Shown here piece after piece: positions 28,826 through 39,159 of a DNA stretch of 64,000 nt; position 1 is the stretch's first letter, and every line of letters starts with the position of its first letter. Source of the stretch: an uncultured delta proteobacterium (GTDB lineage Bacteria > Desulfobacterota > Syntrophorhabdia > Syntrophorhabdales > WCHB1-27); the NCBI GenBank assembly GCA_963810935.1, contig CAWEPK010000016.1, forward strand, positions 128,001 through 192,000, written 5' to 3'. Under the pieces are notes generated by a model. That model was not told the DNA's origin, made no database searches, and was given only the letters and a program-made list of their open reading frames with translations. Made by a program: the position numbers and the translations under genes.

Positions 28826-30712
28826 ATGAGCAGACGGATATGCCTTATCAGTGAGCACGCCTCACCCCTTGCTGCAATCGGCGGCGTCGACAGCGGCGGC
28901 CAGAACATCTACGTGGGCCATGTGGCGAGGAGCCTTGCCAGGGCCGGCCATAAAGTGGACGTCTTCACGCGCCGCGAGAACACGGGCCTCAACGATATAG
29001 TCGAGTGGAAGGACGGGGTCAGGGTAGTCCACGTGAAGGCCGGTCCCCGGCGATATGTGAGGAAAGAAGAGCTTCTCCCCTACATGGGGGAATTCACCGA
29101 CTATTGCCTTCGGTTCATCAAGGCCGGAAATGACTACGATATCATCCATGCGAACTTCTGGATGTCGGGGCTTGTGGCTGCGGAGCTGAAGCAGAGGCTG
29201 GGCCTCCCCTTCATCGTCACCTTTCATGCCCTCGGCCGCGTCCGGCGGCTCTACCAGCAGGAGGCGGACGACTTCCCTGACGAGCGTTTCCTGATAGAGG
29301 AGCGCATCATTGCCGAGGCGGACGCCATTATTGCCGAATGCCCCCAGGACTATGAAGATCTGACGTCACTCTATAACGCGGACCCCGCGAAGGTGACGAT
29401 CATTCCGTGCGGCTTCGACCCGGAGGAATTCTGGCCGATGAACAGGTTTTCGGCAAGAAAGGAGCTGGGGCTTCGCGCAGATGAGTTCATCGTCCTCCAG
29501 CTCGGCCGCATCGTCCCCAGGAAAGGCATAGACACGGTCATCCGCGGCTTTGCCCGGTTCCTGCAGGGACACAGGGCGCCCGCCCGCCTCCTCGTGGTGG
29601 GAGGGGAATCGGACGGCCGTCAGGGCAGCGGTCAACCGGAGATGGAGCGACTTCGGGGGATCGCGGCCGGCAAAGGCATCGAGCCCTACGTGTCATTCCT
29701 CGGGAAAAGGGGCAGGGACCGGCTTCGTTACTACTATAACGCCTCGGACGTCTTCGTCACCATGCCGTGGTACGAGCCTTTCGGCATCACCCCCGTTGAG
29801 GCCATGGCGTGCGGCGTGCCCGTGATCGGGGCCGAGGTCGGCGGCATAAAGTACAGCGTTGTCGATGGCGAGACGGGTTTCCTGGCGCCGCCCAACGACC
29901 ATGAAAGGATTGCCGAGATCCTCTCCACCCTTCGCGCGCGCCCGGAGTTGCGGGAGGACCTCGGGCAGGAGGGCGTAAAGAGGGCCAACCGGCACTTTAC
30001 CTGGCAGAAAGTGGCGGTCTCCATTGAGGCGCTTGTGCATGAAGTCCTCGCCGGGGAAAGAAAGAAGCCCCAAACCGCTGGATGGCAGCACCGGATGATC
30101 GGAGACGGCTTCGCCTCGGTCATGGAGGTGATGCGCAAATCGCAGGCCCTCCTTCATTCGCCCATCATAGCGGCTGCGGACGCCGTCGGCGCCTGCTTCC
30201 GGAGGGGCGGGAAGGTCCTTGTCTGCGGCAACGGCGGGAGCGCCGCGGACACCCAGCATTTCGTGGGAGAGCTGGTCGGCCATTTCAAAAGCCGCACACG
30301 GCCGGGCTTGCCGGCCCTCGCCCTGACGGCCGATTCCGCCATCCTTACCGCATGCTCCAACGACATGGGCTATGAGCAGGTCTTTGCGAGGCAGGTGGAG
30401 GCGCTCGGTCAGCCGCAAGACCTCCTAGTCGTGATCAGCACGAGCGGACAGTCTCCCAATCTCATAAAGGCCTGTGAACAGGCCCACCGGATGGGGATCT
30501 CCTGCCTTGCACTCCTCGGAAGCGACGGCGGGGAGCTGGCCTCTATGGCCGATATCGTGGTTCTCGTGCCGGCCTCCGACAGGCAAAGGGTCCAGGAGGT
30601 CCAGCTTTTTGCCCTGCACCTTATATCCGGCCTCGTCGAGGAGCAAGTGGTCATGAGCCGGTCCGAAGCCTTCGAGGACCGCGATGACGTCGCGTTAACG
30701 GTCGGCCCATAG
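28826..30712 (+). CDS. GT4 (MshA-like) glycosyltransferase fused to a phosphoheptose isomerase (GmhA-like SIS) domain
   Basis: HASPL..GGQNIYV, RKG, EPFGITPVEAMACG; then CGNGGSAAD, ND, STSGQS, VQE. Confidence 0.9.
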   Translation: MSRRICLISEHASPLAAIGGVDSGGQNIYVGHVARSLARAGHKVDVFTRRENTGLNDIVEWKDGVRVVHVKAGPRRYVRKEELLPYMGEFTDYCLRFIKAGNDYDIIHANFWMSGLVAAELKQRLGLPFIVTFHALGRVRRLYQQEADDFPDERFLIEERIIAEADAIIAECPQDYEDLTSLYNADPAKVTIIPCGFDPEEFWPMNRFSARKELGLRADEFIVLQLGRIVPRKGIDTVIRGFARFLQGHRAPARLLVVGGESDGRQGSGQPEMERLRGIAAGKGIEPYVSFLGKRGRDRLRYYYNASDVFVTMPWYEPFGITPVEAMACGVPVIGAEVGGIKYSVVDGETGFLAPPNDHERIAEILSTLRARPELREDLGQEGVKRANRHFTWQKVAVSIEALVHEVLAGERKKPQTAGWQHRMIGDGFASVMEVMRKSQALLHSPIIAAADAVGACFRRGGKVLVCGNGGSAADTQHFVGELVGHFKSRTRPGLPALALTADSAILTACSNDMGYEQVFARQVEALGQPQDLLVVISTSGQSPNLIKACEQAHRMGISCLALLGSDGGELASMADIVVLVPASDRQRVQEVQLFALHLISGLVEEQVVMSRSEAFEDRDDVALTVGP

Positions 30713-30787
30713 CACGAACCCCGCAGCATTCACGGTCCGGTTCTTCCGAATGAAAACCTGGGGGAGAAGCGTTAATTTGTTTATGAG

Positions 30788-31369
30788 GTGCACCCGCCAG
30801 ACGTTATGACTTTTGGGTATCTGGTCTCACAATTTGGCTACCCGGCGGTGCTCCTCGGCACAGCGGCGGAAGGAGAGCTGATCCTGTTTGCGGGCGGCCT
30901 TGCGGCACAGGGGGGACACCTGAAGCTCCAGTGGGTCATAGCTGCGGCTTTTCTGGGAAGCCTGCTGGGGGATATGTCTTATTTCCTCCTGGGACGATTG
31001 AAGGGGAAAAAATTCCTGAAGAGGCGCCCTCGTTGGAAGGTCGGGGTCGAAAAAGCGTTGGTGCTTCTTGAGAGACACCAAAAACTCTCGGTCATCGGAC
31101 TTCGTTTCATGTCGGGCCTTCGGACGGTAACGCCCTTTGCGCTCGGCCTGACTTCGATCAGTATCCCTCGTTTTTTTATGCTCGACATGATAGGAGCGCT
31201 CGGATGGTCAATCGGCGGCTCTCTTGTCGGGTACGCCTTGGGTATGGCGGCACAGGCAATCGGCATCGACGTGAAGAAGTACGAGCATTGGATCATCCTG
31301 GGGATGCTATGCGCCGGGGCCCTGGTCGTGATGATCGGCTTCCTGCGGGGAAGGCGCGCGAGAGGGTAA
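30788..31369 (+). CDS. DedA family membrane protein
   Basis: EGELILFAGG, LGDMSYFLLGR, RFMSGLR. Start may be the ATG at 30806. Confidence 0.9.
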   Translation: MHPPDVMTFGYLVSQFGYPAVLLGTAAEGELILFAGGLAAQGGHLKLQWVIAAAFLGSLLGDMSYFLLGRLKGKKFLKRRPRWKVGVEKALVLLERHQKLSVIGLRFMSGLRTVTPFALGLTSISIPRFFMLDMIGALGWSIGGSLVGYALGMAAQAIGIDVKKYEHWIILGMLCAGALVVMIGFLRGRRARG

Positions 31370-31416
31370 AGGTCGTCTCTCTACCATTACCCTCCCATCG
31401 CGATTCTCATCTCCTC

Positions 31417-32022
31417 CTATCTCCGTTCTTCTCCGTGTTTTTCGCCTCGTCCCTGTCGTTCCTCGACTCGGGGTTGAGCATGCCCGGCCTGCGGTTGTCC
31501 GTGGAAGTCGGCCTTCCCCTGGTATCCTTGTTGCCGTACAGCCTGTTGCTGAGGCCGGGGCGGGGAGCCCATACCTTGTTTCTGCCAGTACCCGCTGTTG
31601 TGCCACCCCTTCCAGTTCTGCTGGAGCTGAGCGTGGGAGACCCTCTGGAAGTTCCAGGGCTGCCCGTGCCAGTTGTGGCTGGCATAATATCCTCTCCATC
31701 CGGGGTCCACTTTGGCGTAGAAGCCTGGAACATGGTTGAAGTGAGCCCATCCGCGGTCATAGTAACGGGAACGGTACCAGCGGCCTTCCCACGGACGCCA
31801 CCACCACCCGTTGTAGAAGAACAGGTCGACGCCGGCGACCTCGGGGGCAACGTAGACGTCCGGGGCGCCGGGAAGCACCACTACTGCGGGAGGGGCCTGC
31901 ACGACGACGGGCGGCGGCAGGGGAATCCCGATGTTTACGCTGACGCCCACCTGTGCCCCCGCCGTAAAGGGAGCGACGACCGCCAACGCCAAAAAGATCG
32001 CCCATACAAGCAACTTTTTCAT
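31417..32022 (-). CDS. Secreted Pro/Trp-rich hypothetical protein
   Basis: AAGGAGG RBS, signal peptide (AGA-Q), VSVNIGIPLPPP, Trp/Tyr-rich core, Q-rich low-complexity tail. Confidence 0.8.
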   Translation of the reverse strand: MKKLLVWAIFLALAVVAPFTAGAQVGVSVNIGIPLPPPVVVQAPPAVVVLPGAPDVYVAPEVAGVDLFFYNGWWWRPWEGRWYRSRYYDRGWAHFNHVPGFYAKVDPGWRGYYASHNWHGQPWNFQRVSHAQLQQNWKGWHNSGYWQKQGMGSPPRPQQQAVRQQGYQGKADFHGQPQAGHAQPRVEERQGRGEKHGEERR

Positions 32023-32143
32023 TCATACCTCCTTAGTATTTTGAGCGGTCCCTGAAGATGATTCAATACCCTTGGGAGCACGAGAATCACCGGGGATCGC
32101 CTCTCCAGGGAATCCATCTTCCTTCCGAGACTCACGATACGCA

Positions 32144-32160
32144 TGCACAGGCGATGCCAG
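32144..32160 (-). promoter_or_regulatory. Putative sigma-54 promoter for the secreted protein gene
   Basis: Minus strand reads CTGGCATCGCCTGTGCA (GG-N10-GC); palindrome TCGACA-N4-TGTCGA at 32235-32250 lies upstream. Confidence 0.55.
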
Positions 32161-32466
32161 GGGCGCGGACACGTAGAAACACGCCCTATTTAAGCCATTT
32201 TTCGCAAAACCATCCGATGACGTCACGTAAGTTCTCGACAATTATGTCGACGCGATGGACTGAAACTGCCCATAATAGGGTTAGCCACGTGCCGATCCAG
32301 GGGAGTTACGGCAACGGCCAGGTTATCGAGAGCGCCTGCAAGTGCGCGGCCTTTATTTCTCTTCCGAACGGCCTATACTCTCCCCTCGGAGGCAATTCCA
32401 ATTCGCAGGCGCTTCAGGGGATTCAAGGCTTGCGTGCAGGCTCCGTTGAACACAGGCCGGCTTTCT

Positions 32467-33081
32467 TCAATTCATCGTAGGTCGCCGCGAGGTAACGAGA
32501 AATACCCCCGCGTGGGCGAACGCGTTGGGGAACATTCTTACCCTCCTTTTAGCATTGAAATAGAAAGCTTTTTCTATCCGTATGCCCCGCTTCCCGCAGT
32601 ATTCGACGAAATCGAGGATGCTCAGGAAATGGAGGTTGGGCGTGTCGTACCACTGGTACGGCAATGAAGCGTTGACGGGTACCTTCCCCATCATGCCCAA
32701 CTGGAAACGTGTGGAGAAGGTTGCGAAGTTCGGAAAGCCTACGATTACCCTGGTCCCTACCCGCAAGGCTTCCTTAAGCACCTCGTCCGGCTTCCTCACC
32801 TGCTGGAAGGTCTGGTTGAGGATGACATAGTCGAAGGACCGGTCCTCGTATTCTGAAAGGCCCCTGTCTATGTCGTCGTGGAAAACGTTCAAACCTTTTG
32901 CCACACATTCGAGTATGGCCTGGTCGTCGATCTCTATGCCCTCGCCACTCACATTTTTCTCCTCCACCAATGCGGCAAGGAGCTCGCCCGCGCCGCAGCC
33001 CAGGTCGAGCACTGTTGCGCCGGGCGTGACGATCTCGACTATGGCCTTTTGGTCAAGGCGCAGGCTTAAGTGGTCGCTCAT
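32467..33081 (-). CDS. metW: Methionine biosynthesis protein MetW
   Basis: VLDLGCGAG, FDYVILNQT, GFPNF, LPYQWYDTPNLHF; follows metX. Confidence 0.93.
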   Translation of the reverse strand: MSDHLSLRLDQKAIVEIVTPGATVLDLGCGAGELLAALVEEKNVSGEGIEIDDQAILECVAKGLNVFHDDIDRGLSEYEDRSFDYVILNQTFQQVRKPDEVLKEALRVGTRVIVGFPNFATFSTRFQLGMMGKVPVNASLPYQWYDTPNLHFLSILDFVEYCGKRGIRIEKAFYFNAKRRVRMFPNAFAHAGVFLVTSRRPTMN

Positions 33082-33082
33082 T

Positions 33083-34219
33083 CTATACACCGCCAAACAC
33101 ATTCTTGAGGAAATGCTTGATGAGGTGGGCCTGTTCCTCCACCTCGATAAGAAATGCGTCGTGGCCCCACGTCGAATGCAGCTCTACATAGATCGCTTTG
33201 ACTCCCGCCCGCTTACATGCCCGTGCGATCTCCTGCGATTGGTAAGCAGGGTAGAGCCAATCGGACTTGAAGGCGATCACCAGGAAGCGGGCTTTGATTC
33301 CCTGCAGCACCCCCCGGAGCCCCTTGCCGTATCCGAGGTCGAAGTAATCGATGGCCTTTGTGATGTAGAGGTAGGAATTGGGATCGAACCGCTTTATGAA
33401 GTTATCTCCCCGGTACTGGAGGTAGCCCTCCACTTCGAAGTCAGGGTCGAAAGAAAAACCCGAATGGCCGTTCCTGAAGCGCCTCCCGAATTTCTCGCTC
33501 ATCGACACGTCGCTCATGTAAGTGATATGGCCTATCATCCTGGCTACGCTCAGGCCTTTGGCGGGAAGGTCGCTTCCGTAATAGTCGCCTTCCTTCCAGT
33601 TAGGGTCCGCCATGATGGCTTGCCTGCCTACCTCGTTGAAGGCGATCTGCTGCGGCGAGTGGGTGGCCGTGGTGGCGATAGGAATAACGGAGGCGACCCT
33701 GTCCGGATAGGATGCCACCCATTGCAGGGCCTGCATCCCTCCCATAGACCCGCCGCAGACCGATAAGAGCCGGTCTATACCCAAGTGGTCTATAAGGTGG
33801 CGCTGGGCGTTTACCATATCGCCGACAGTGATGAGAGGGAAATCAAGGGCGTAAGGCTTGCCGGTTTGGGGACTGATCGAGGAGGGGCCGGTCGAGCCCC
33901 TGCATCCGCCCAGGACGTTGGAGCAGATAACGAAATACTTGTCCGTATCGAATGCCCTGCCGGGACCTATCATGTTGTCCCACCAGCCGGGCCTTTTGTC
34001 GCCTGCGTGCTGCCCAGCCGCATGAGCATCGCCTGTCAGGGCATGGAGTATTAAGACTGCGTTCGATTTGCTTTTATTCAGGCTTCCGTAAGTCTCATAG
34101 GCGAGAGTGACCGGCGAGATCGCCTTCCCGCCTTCGGTGCTGAAGGGGCCGGGATCGCGGGCAAACGTGTAGTATCCTGTCTCCACGAATCCCAGCCCCT
34201 CCTCGCTGCGCGACACCAT
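33083..34219 (-). CDS. metX: Homoserine O-acetyltransferase
   Basis: HALTGD, NVLGGC, GGSMGG, SDWLY, GHDAFL. Confidence 0.95.
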   Translation of the reverse strand: MVSRSEEGLGFVETGYYTFARDPGPFSTEGGKAISPVTLAYETYGSLNKSKSNAVLILHALTGDAHAAGQHAGDKRPGWWDNMIGPGRAFDTDKYFVICSNVLGGCRGSTGPSSISPQTGKPYALDFPLITVGDMVNAQRHLIDHLGIDRLLSVCGGSMGGMQALQWVASYPDRVASVIPIATTATHSPQQIAFNEVGRQAIMADPNWKEGDYYGSDLPAKGLSVARMIGHITYMSDVSMSEKFGRRFRNGHSGFSFDPDFEVEGYLQYRGDNFIKRFDPNSYLYITKAIDYFDLGYGKGLRGVLQGIKARFLVIAFKSDWLYPAYQSQEIARACKRAGVKAIYVELHSTWGHDAFLIEVEEQAHLIKHFLKNVFGGV

Positions 34220-34222
34220 TGC

Positions 34223-35521
34223 TCACTCCACTGCTTTCTTCAACGCCTGATCCAGGTCTTCTTTGATATCCTCTACGTCCTCTATGCCGATGGAGAGGCG
34301 GATATAGTCCTCGGTGACGCCCGTCTCTTCCTGCTCCGCCCTCGTCAACTGCTGGTGCGTGGTCGATGCGGGATGGATGACAAGGCTCTTTGCATCGCCG
34401 ATATTGGCAAGGTGCGAGAAGAGCCCGACCGACTCGATAAACTTCTTCCCGGCCGCGAGGCCGCCCTTGATGCCGAAGCCGACGAGGGAGCCGAAGCCGC
34501 TCTTCAGGTATTTACTCGCAACCAGGTAGTTCGGGTTGTCGGGCAGGCCCGGATAGTTGACCCATGAGACGAGTGGATGGCCCTTCAGAAACCGGGCGAC
34601 CTCAAGGCCGTTTTCCGAATGCTTCTTCTGTCGCAGGGGCAGCGTCTCCAACCCCTGGAGGAAGAGCCACGCGTTGAAAGGGCTCATCGCGGCCCCCATG
34701 TCGCGCAGCAGTTGGACGCGCACCTTGAAGATAAAGGCCACGTTGCCCATATCGCCGAAATTCGCAAAGACGTCCCAGAACTTGAGGCCGTGGTAGCTGG
34801 GGTCGGGCTCGGTGAATTCCGGGAACTTGCCGTTGCCCCAATTGAAGCGGCCCCCGTCCACGATGACACCGCCTATGGACGTGCCGTGGCCGCCTATGTA
34901 CTTCGTTGCCGACGTGGCGAGGATGTCGGCGCCGTAGTCGAGGGGCTTTACCAGCCCGACGCCGACCGTATTATCGACTACCAACGGAACGCCCGCGTCA
35001 TGGGCTATCTTCGAGACCGCCTCGAAATCGGGGACGTCGAGCTTCGGGTTGCCGACGGTCTCCGCGTAGAACGCCCGCGTCTTGTCCGTGACCGCGTGTG
35101 CGAATTCTGCGGGCTTCGACGAATCGACAAACTTTACATGGCGACCGAGCTTGGGGAACGTATAGTGGAAAAGCTCGTACGTCCCTCCGTAAAGGTTGTT
35201 CGCCGATACGATCTCGTCCCCCACCTGCGTGATCGCAAGCAGCGCGAGGGTACTGGCCGCCTGCCCGGAAGAAACTGCCAGTGCGCCGGAGGCGCCCTCG
35301 ATGGCTGCTATGCGCCGCTCGAAGACGTCGGTCGTCGGGTTCATGATGCGCGTGTAGATGTTCCCCAGCTCTGCCAGGGCAAAGAGGTTGGCGGCGTGGG
35401 CCGTGTCTCTGAAGACGTAAGAAGTTGTCTGGTAAATGGGCACCGCGCGGGCGCCCGTTGCCGGGTCGGGGCTTTCCTGCCCTGCATGAACTGCCAGTGT
35501 GTCGGGTCTTCTCGTTGCCAT
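34223..35521 (-). CDS. metY: O-acetylhomoserine sulfhydrylase (aminocarboxypropyltransferase)
   Basis: [43 protein letters not shown]. Confidence 0.95.
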   Translation of the reverse strand: MATRRPDTLAVHAGQESPDPATGARAVPIYQTTSYVFRDTAHAANLFALAELGNIYTRIMNPTTDVFERRIAAIEGASGALAVSSGQAASTLALLAITQVGDEIVSANNLYGGTYELFHYTFPKLGRHVKFVDSSKPAEFAHAVTDKTRAFYAETVGNPKLDVPDFEAVSKIAHDAGVPLVVDNTVGVGLVKPLDYGADILATSATKYIGGHGTSIGGVIVDGGRFNWGNGKFPEFTEPDPSYHGLKFWDVFANFGDMGNVAFIFKVRVQLLRDMGAAMSPFNAWLFLQGLETLPLRQKKHSENGLEVARFLKGHPLVSWVNYPGLPDNPNYLVASKYLKSGFGSLVGFGIKGGLAAGKKFIESVGLFSHLANIGDAKSLVIHPASTTHQQLTRAEQEETGVTEDYIRLSIGIEDVEDIKEDLDQALKKAVE

Positions 35522-35607
35522 CGGTTTTTCCTCCTGATGTAAGCCGGGGTTGAGGTCGGCGCCGGACCCGATATCGGGCACCCGGCATCCCCCGATGGGT
35601 CCGTATT

Positions 35608-36054
35608 CTATATGTAGTACATGGCCATGTCCTTTCCGGATTTCTCGTCTTGCATACGTGCGAGTTTATCGAGGGTGTAGCCGGAAAGGAACTCGTCCAT
35701 CTTACCCCCCAGGAGGGTCCAGATGTCGCGGGTCGCGCAGGTTGCCGATCTCGGACAGACTTTCGGTTCGTCCACGCAGTCCACGAGCCTGCATGGTCCT
35801 TCGAGAGCGGCGATGACCTCGCTCGCAGTTATCTGTGCGGGCGGCTTTATAAGGAGAAAGCCGCCTTTCCTGCCTCTTACCGTGCGTATAAGCCCGGCCG
35901 CGCGCAGGGCGGCAAATATATGCTCGAGGTACTTCTCCGATATATCCTGCCTCTTCGCTACATCGGCAAGAAAGACCGGCACCTCATCCTTCTGGTTAAT
36001 CGCCAGGTCCATCATGGCCCGCAGTCCGTACCTGCCCTTGGTTGACATTTTCAC
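35608..36054 (-). CDS. Rrf2 family transcriptional regulator (IscR/CymR-like)
   Basis: [25 protein letters not shown], Cys cluster DC-x6-C-x5-C. Confidence 0.93.
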   Translation of the reverse strand: MKMSTKGRYGLRAMMDLAINQKDEVPVFLADVAKRQDISEKYLEHIFAALRAAGLIRTVRGRKGGFLLIKPPAQITASEVIAALEGPCRLVDCVDEPKVCPRSATCATRDIWTLLGGKMDEFLSGYTLDKLARMQDEKSGKDMAMYYI

Positions 36055-36072
36055 GATTCGTTCACTCCTGCA

Positions 36073-37062
36073 TCAAATAGCTTTGTCCGACGCCGTTGCG
36101 CTCTCCAACCCAGGGAAGAGGTTTTGGAAAAGGGGCGCGGTCAGGTAGCGCTCGCCTGCGTCGGGTAGAATTACAACTATGGTCTTTCCTTTGCTCTCCA
36201 GCTCTTTTGCTATGCGGGCGGCGACGAGGGCCGCTGCCCCGCTCGATATGCCGCAAAGTATGCCTTCTTCTCTGGCGAGCTTGCGTGCCGTATCTATGGC
36301 CTCATCGCTCGTGACGGTCTCTATCCTGTCCACCAGGTCGAACTGCAAGACTTTGGGAACGAAGCCTGCACCTATGCCCTGGATCTTGTGGGCGCCCGGC
36401 TTTAGCTCCTCGCCCTTCCGCGTCTGCGTGAGGATGGGCGATTCCGCGGGCTCCACTGCAACGGAGACGATCTTCTTACCCTTCGTGAGCTTGAAGTAGC
36501 GGCTCACGCCAGTGATCGTCCCGCCCGTCCCGACGCCCGATACAAAGATATCCATCTTGCCGTCCGTGTCGTTCCATATCTCTACACCCGTCGTCGCCTC
36601 GTGGATGGCGGGGTTCGCCGGGTTCTCGAACTGCTGGGGCATGAAATAATGAGAAGGGTCGCCCTGGGCAAGCTCGGTGGCCTTTGCGATGGCGCCCTTC
36701 ATGCCCTTGGCCGCCTCAGTCAGGATCAGGCCTGCGCCGAATATCTTCAGCACTTTCCTGCGCTCGATACTCATCGTCTCAGGCATAGTCAAAAGCAGCT
36801 TGTAGCCTCTGGCCGCCGCAACGAAGGCCAGGGCTATGCCCGTATTGCCCGACGTCGGCTCGATGATCTCCATGCCGGGTTTTAAGCGCCCGGTCTTCTC
36901 GGCATCACGGATCATTGCCGCCCCTATGCGGTCCTTTACCGAATAAGCGGGAGCCCTTCCCTCGATCTTGGCGAGAACCGTCGCATCCGTACCTGCGATG
37001 CGGTTCAATTTAATCAGCGGCGTGTTTCCTATCGACTGGCTGTTGTCATCATATCTGGCCAT
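36073..37062 (-). CDS. cysK: Cysteine synthase A
   Basis: [29 protein letters not shown]. Confidence 0.96.
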   Translation of the reverse strand: MARYDDNSQSIGNTPLIKLNRIAGTDATVLAKIEGRAPAYSVKDRIGAAMIRDAEKTGRLKPGMEIIEPTSGNTGIALAFVAAARGYKLLLTMPETMSIERRKVLKIFGAGLILTEAAKGMKGAIAKATELAQGDPSHYFMPQQFENPANPAIHEATTGVEIWNDTDGKMDIFVSGVGTGGTITGVSRYFKLTKGKKIVSVAVEPAESPILTQTRKGEELKPGAHKIQGIGAGFVPKVLQFDLVDRIETVTSDEAIDTARKLAREEGILCGISSGAAALVAARIAKELESKGKTIVVILPDAGERYLTAPLFQNLFPGLESATASDKAI

Positions 37063-37106
37063 GGATGCCTCCTTTTTTGCCGGTCCGTCTGGCCGGGACT
37101 ATTAGA

Positions 37107-37154
37107 CTACTATGACAGTAGGAATAATATAGTTAACGTGACGAATATTGTCAA
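37107..37154 (-). promoter_or_regulatory. Sigma-70 promoter of the cysK operon with a candidate Rrf2 operator
   Basis: Minus strand TTGACA (37154-37149), 17-nt spacer, TATTAT (37131-37126); palindrome CTACT-N5-AGTAG at 37107-37121 overlaps the expected start site. Confidence 0.75.
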
Positions 37155-37200
37155 GAATAATCACGTCTCCCTGCGGTGACTGCGCTGCCCGGCGCACCAT

Positions 37201-37329
37201 TTGTGTAGGGCCTGCTCGAAATCGGCAATAAGGTCTCTTGGGCCTTCGAGACCTACGGAAAGCCCCACCAAGCTATCCTGTTATACCCCTTGCAAGCCGC
37301 TCCTTTGGAGGGACGGACGCGTGGGGCAT
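37201..37329 (-). pseudogene. 3' remnant of a PLP-dependent transsulfuration enzyme gene (cystathionine/methionine gamma-lyase family)
   Basis: Minus-strand translation with one shift: MPHASVPPKERLARGIT/DSLVGLSVGLEGPRDLIADFEQAL, matching the family C-terminal MTHAS...GI...LVRLSVG.E...DL..D..QAL pattern. Confidence 0.7.
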
Positions 37330-37332
37330 CGC

Positions 37333-37527
37333 CCGTCAACTCTTGAGAACGCAGGCGTTAATATCGGTTCGATCCAGAGGACACACGGACACGAGAACAG
37401 GATAACTACGGAGATTTATCTGCACAGTATCCGCAATCCGGAAAGGGTGGCAATGAACGTCTACGAAAAGGTCACCGGGGACAAAGTCCCACACAGACGG
37501 GATGACAAGAAAAGGAGATCGCCGTAA
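37333..37527 (+). pseudogene. C-terminal remnant of a tyrosine integrase
   Basis: STLENAGVNIGSIQRTHGHENRITTEIYLH fits box II (IQxxLGH...TT..Y); abuts the 3' end of the tRNA. Confidence 0.75.
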
Positions 37528-37543
37528 CCCCTTGAAAGAAAAG

Positions 37544-37617
37544 TGCCCCCGAAGTGACTCGAACACTTGGCACCAGGATTAGGAATCCTGTGCTCTATCC
37601 ACCTGAGCTACGGGGGC
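37544..37617 (-). tRNA. tRNA-Arg(CCT)
   Basis: GCCCCCG acceptor stem, TAGCTCAGGTGGATAGAGC D arm, CAGGA-TTCCTAA-TCCTG anticodon arm, AAGTG-TTCGAGT-CACTT T arm; CCA not encoded. Confidence 0.95.
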
Positions 37618-37771
37618 ACGTAAAAATTGTACTCACTGAAAGGGTAATCTACAACCGTTTTTCTGCGGTTTTCTTCTATCATGGAACTGGGGATGCGGTC
37701 AAGTCTTTCCGGTTCGCCGCGGGTCCCTCATCGAACGGTCTTGCCGCAAAGAGAGATTATGTATAAGATAG

Positions 37772-38782
<1,011 letters not shown>

Positions 38783-39159
38783 CGGCGGCCGGCCCGTTAG
38801 TGTGAAGCTGCACCGGGGCTATAATGGTCTGCCTTCCCGCATTCCCCGCCCCCTTAAAGGCGCAGTTTTTCCTGCCGCGCCTTATACTTCCGGCGGTTCC
38901 GGTCGATAATACCATGAGATGGGGTCAGGATCGTTATACCATGAGTCCGCCGCCGGATAATGACGTCTATTTACATAACAAAGTGATTGCCGTGGCAAAG
39001 GTTTTGTAATAGAATACGAACGGATTTACGAAGGGTATGCACGAAGCCCGCACTTTTAAGATGCTTCGGTTTTTACTGAAGCTCCTAAACCCACGCATCA
39101 TGGCGGTGGCCCGTTCTCAAAGCATGCCGCAAGAGCCTATCGGAAAATAGAGAGCCGGA

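Noticed and set aside
38993..39008. Sigma-54-like element TGGCAAAGGTTTTGTA upstream of the wecA-like gene
   Set aside because: The -12 position reads GT rather than GC; too weak to call.
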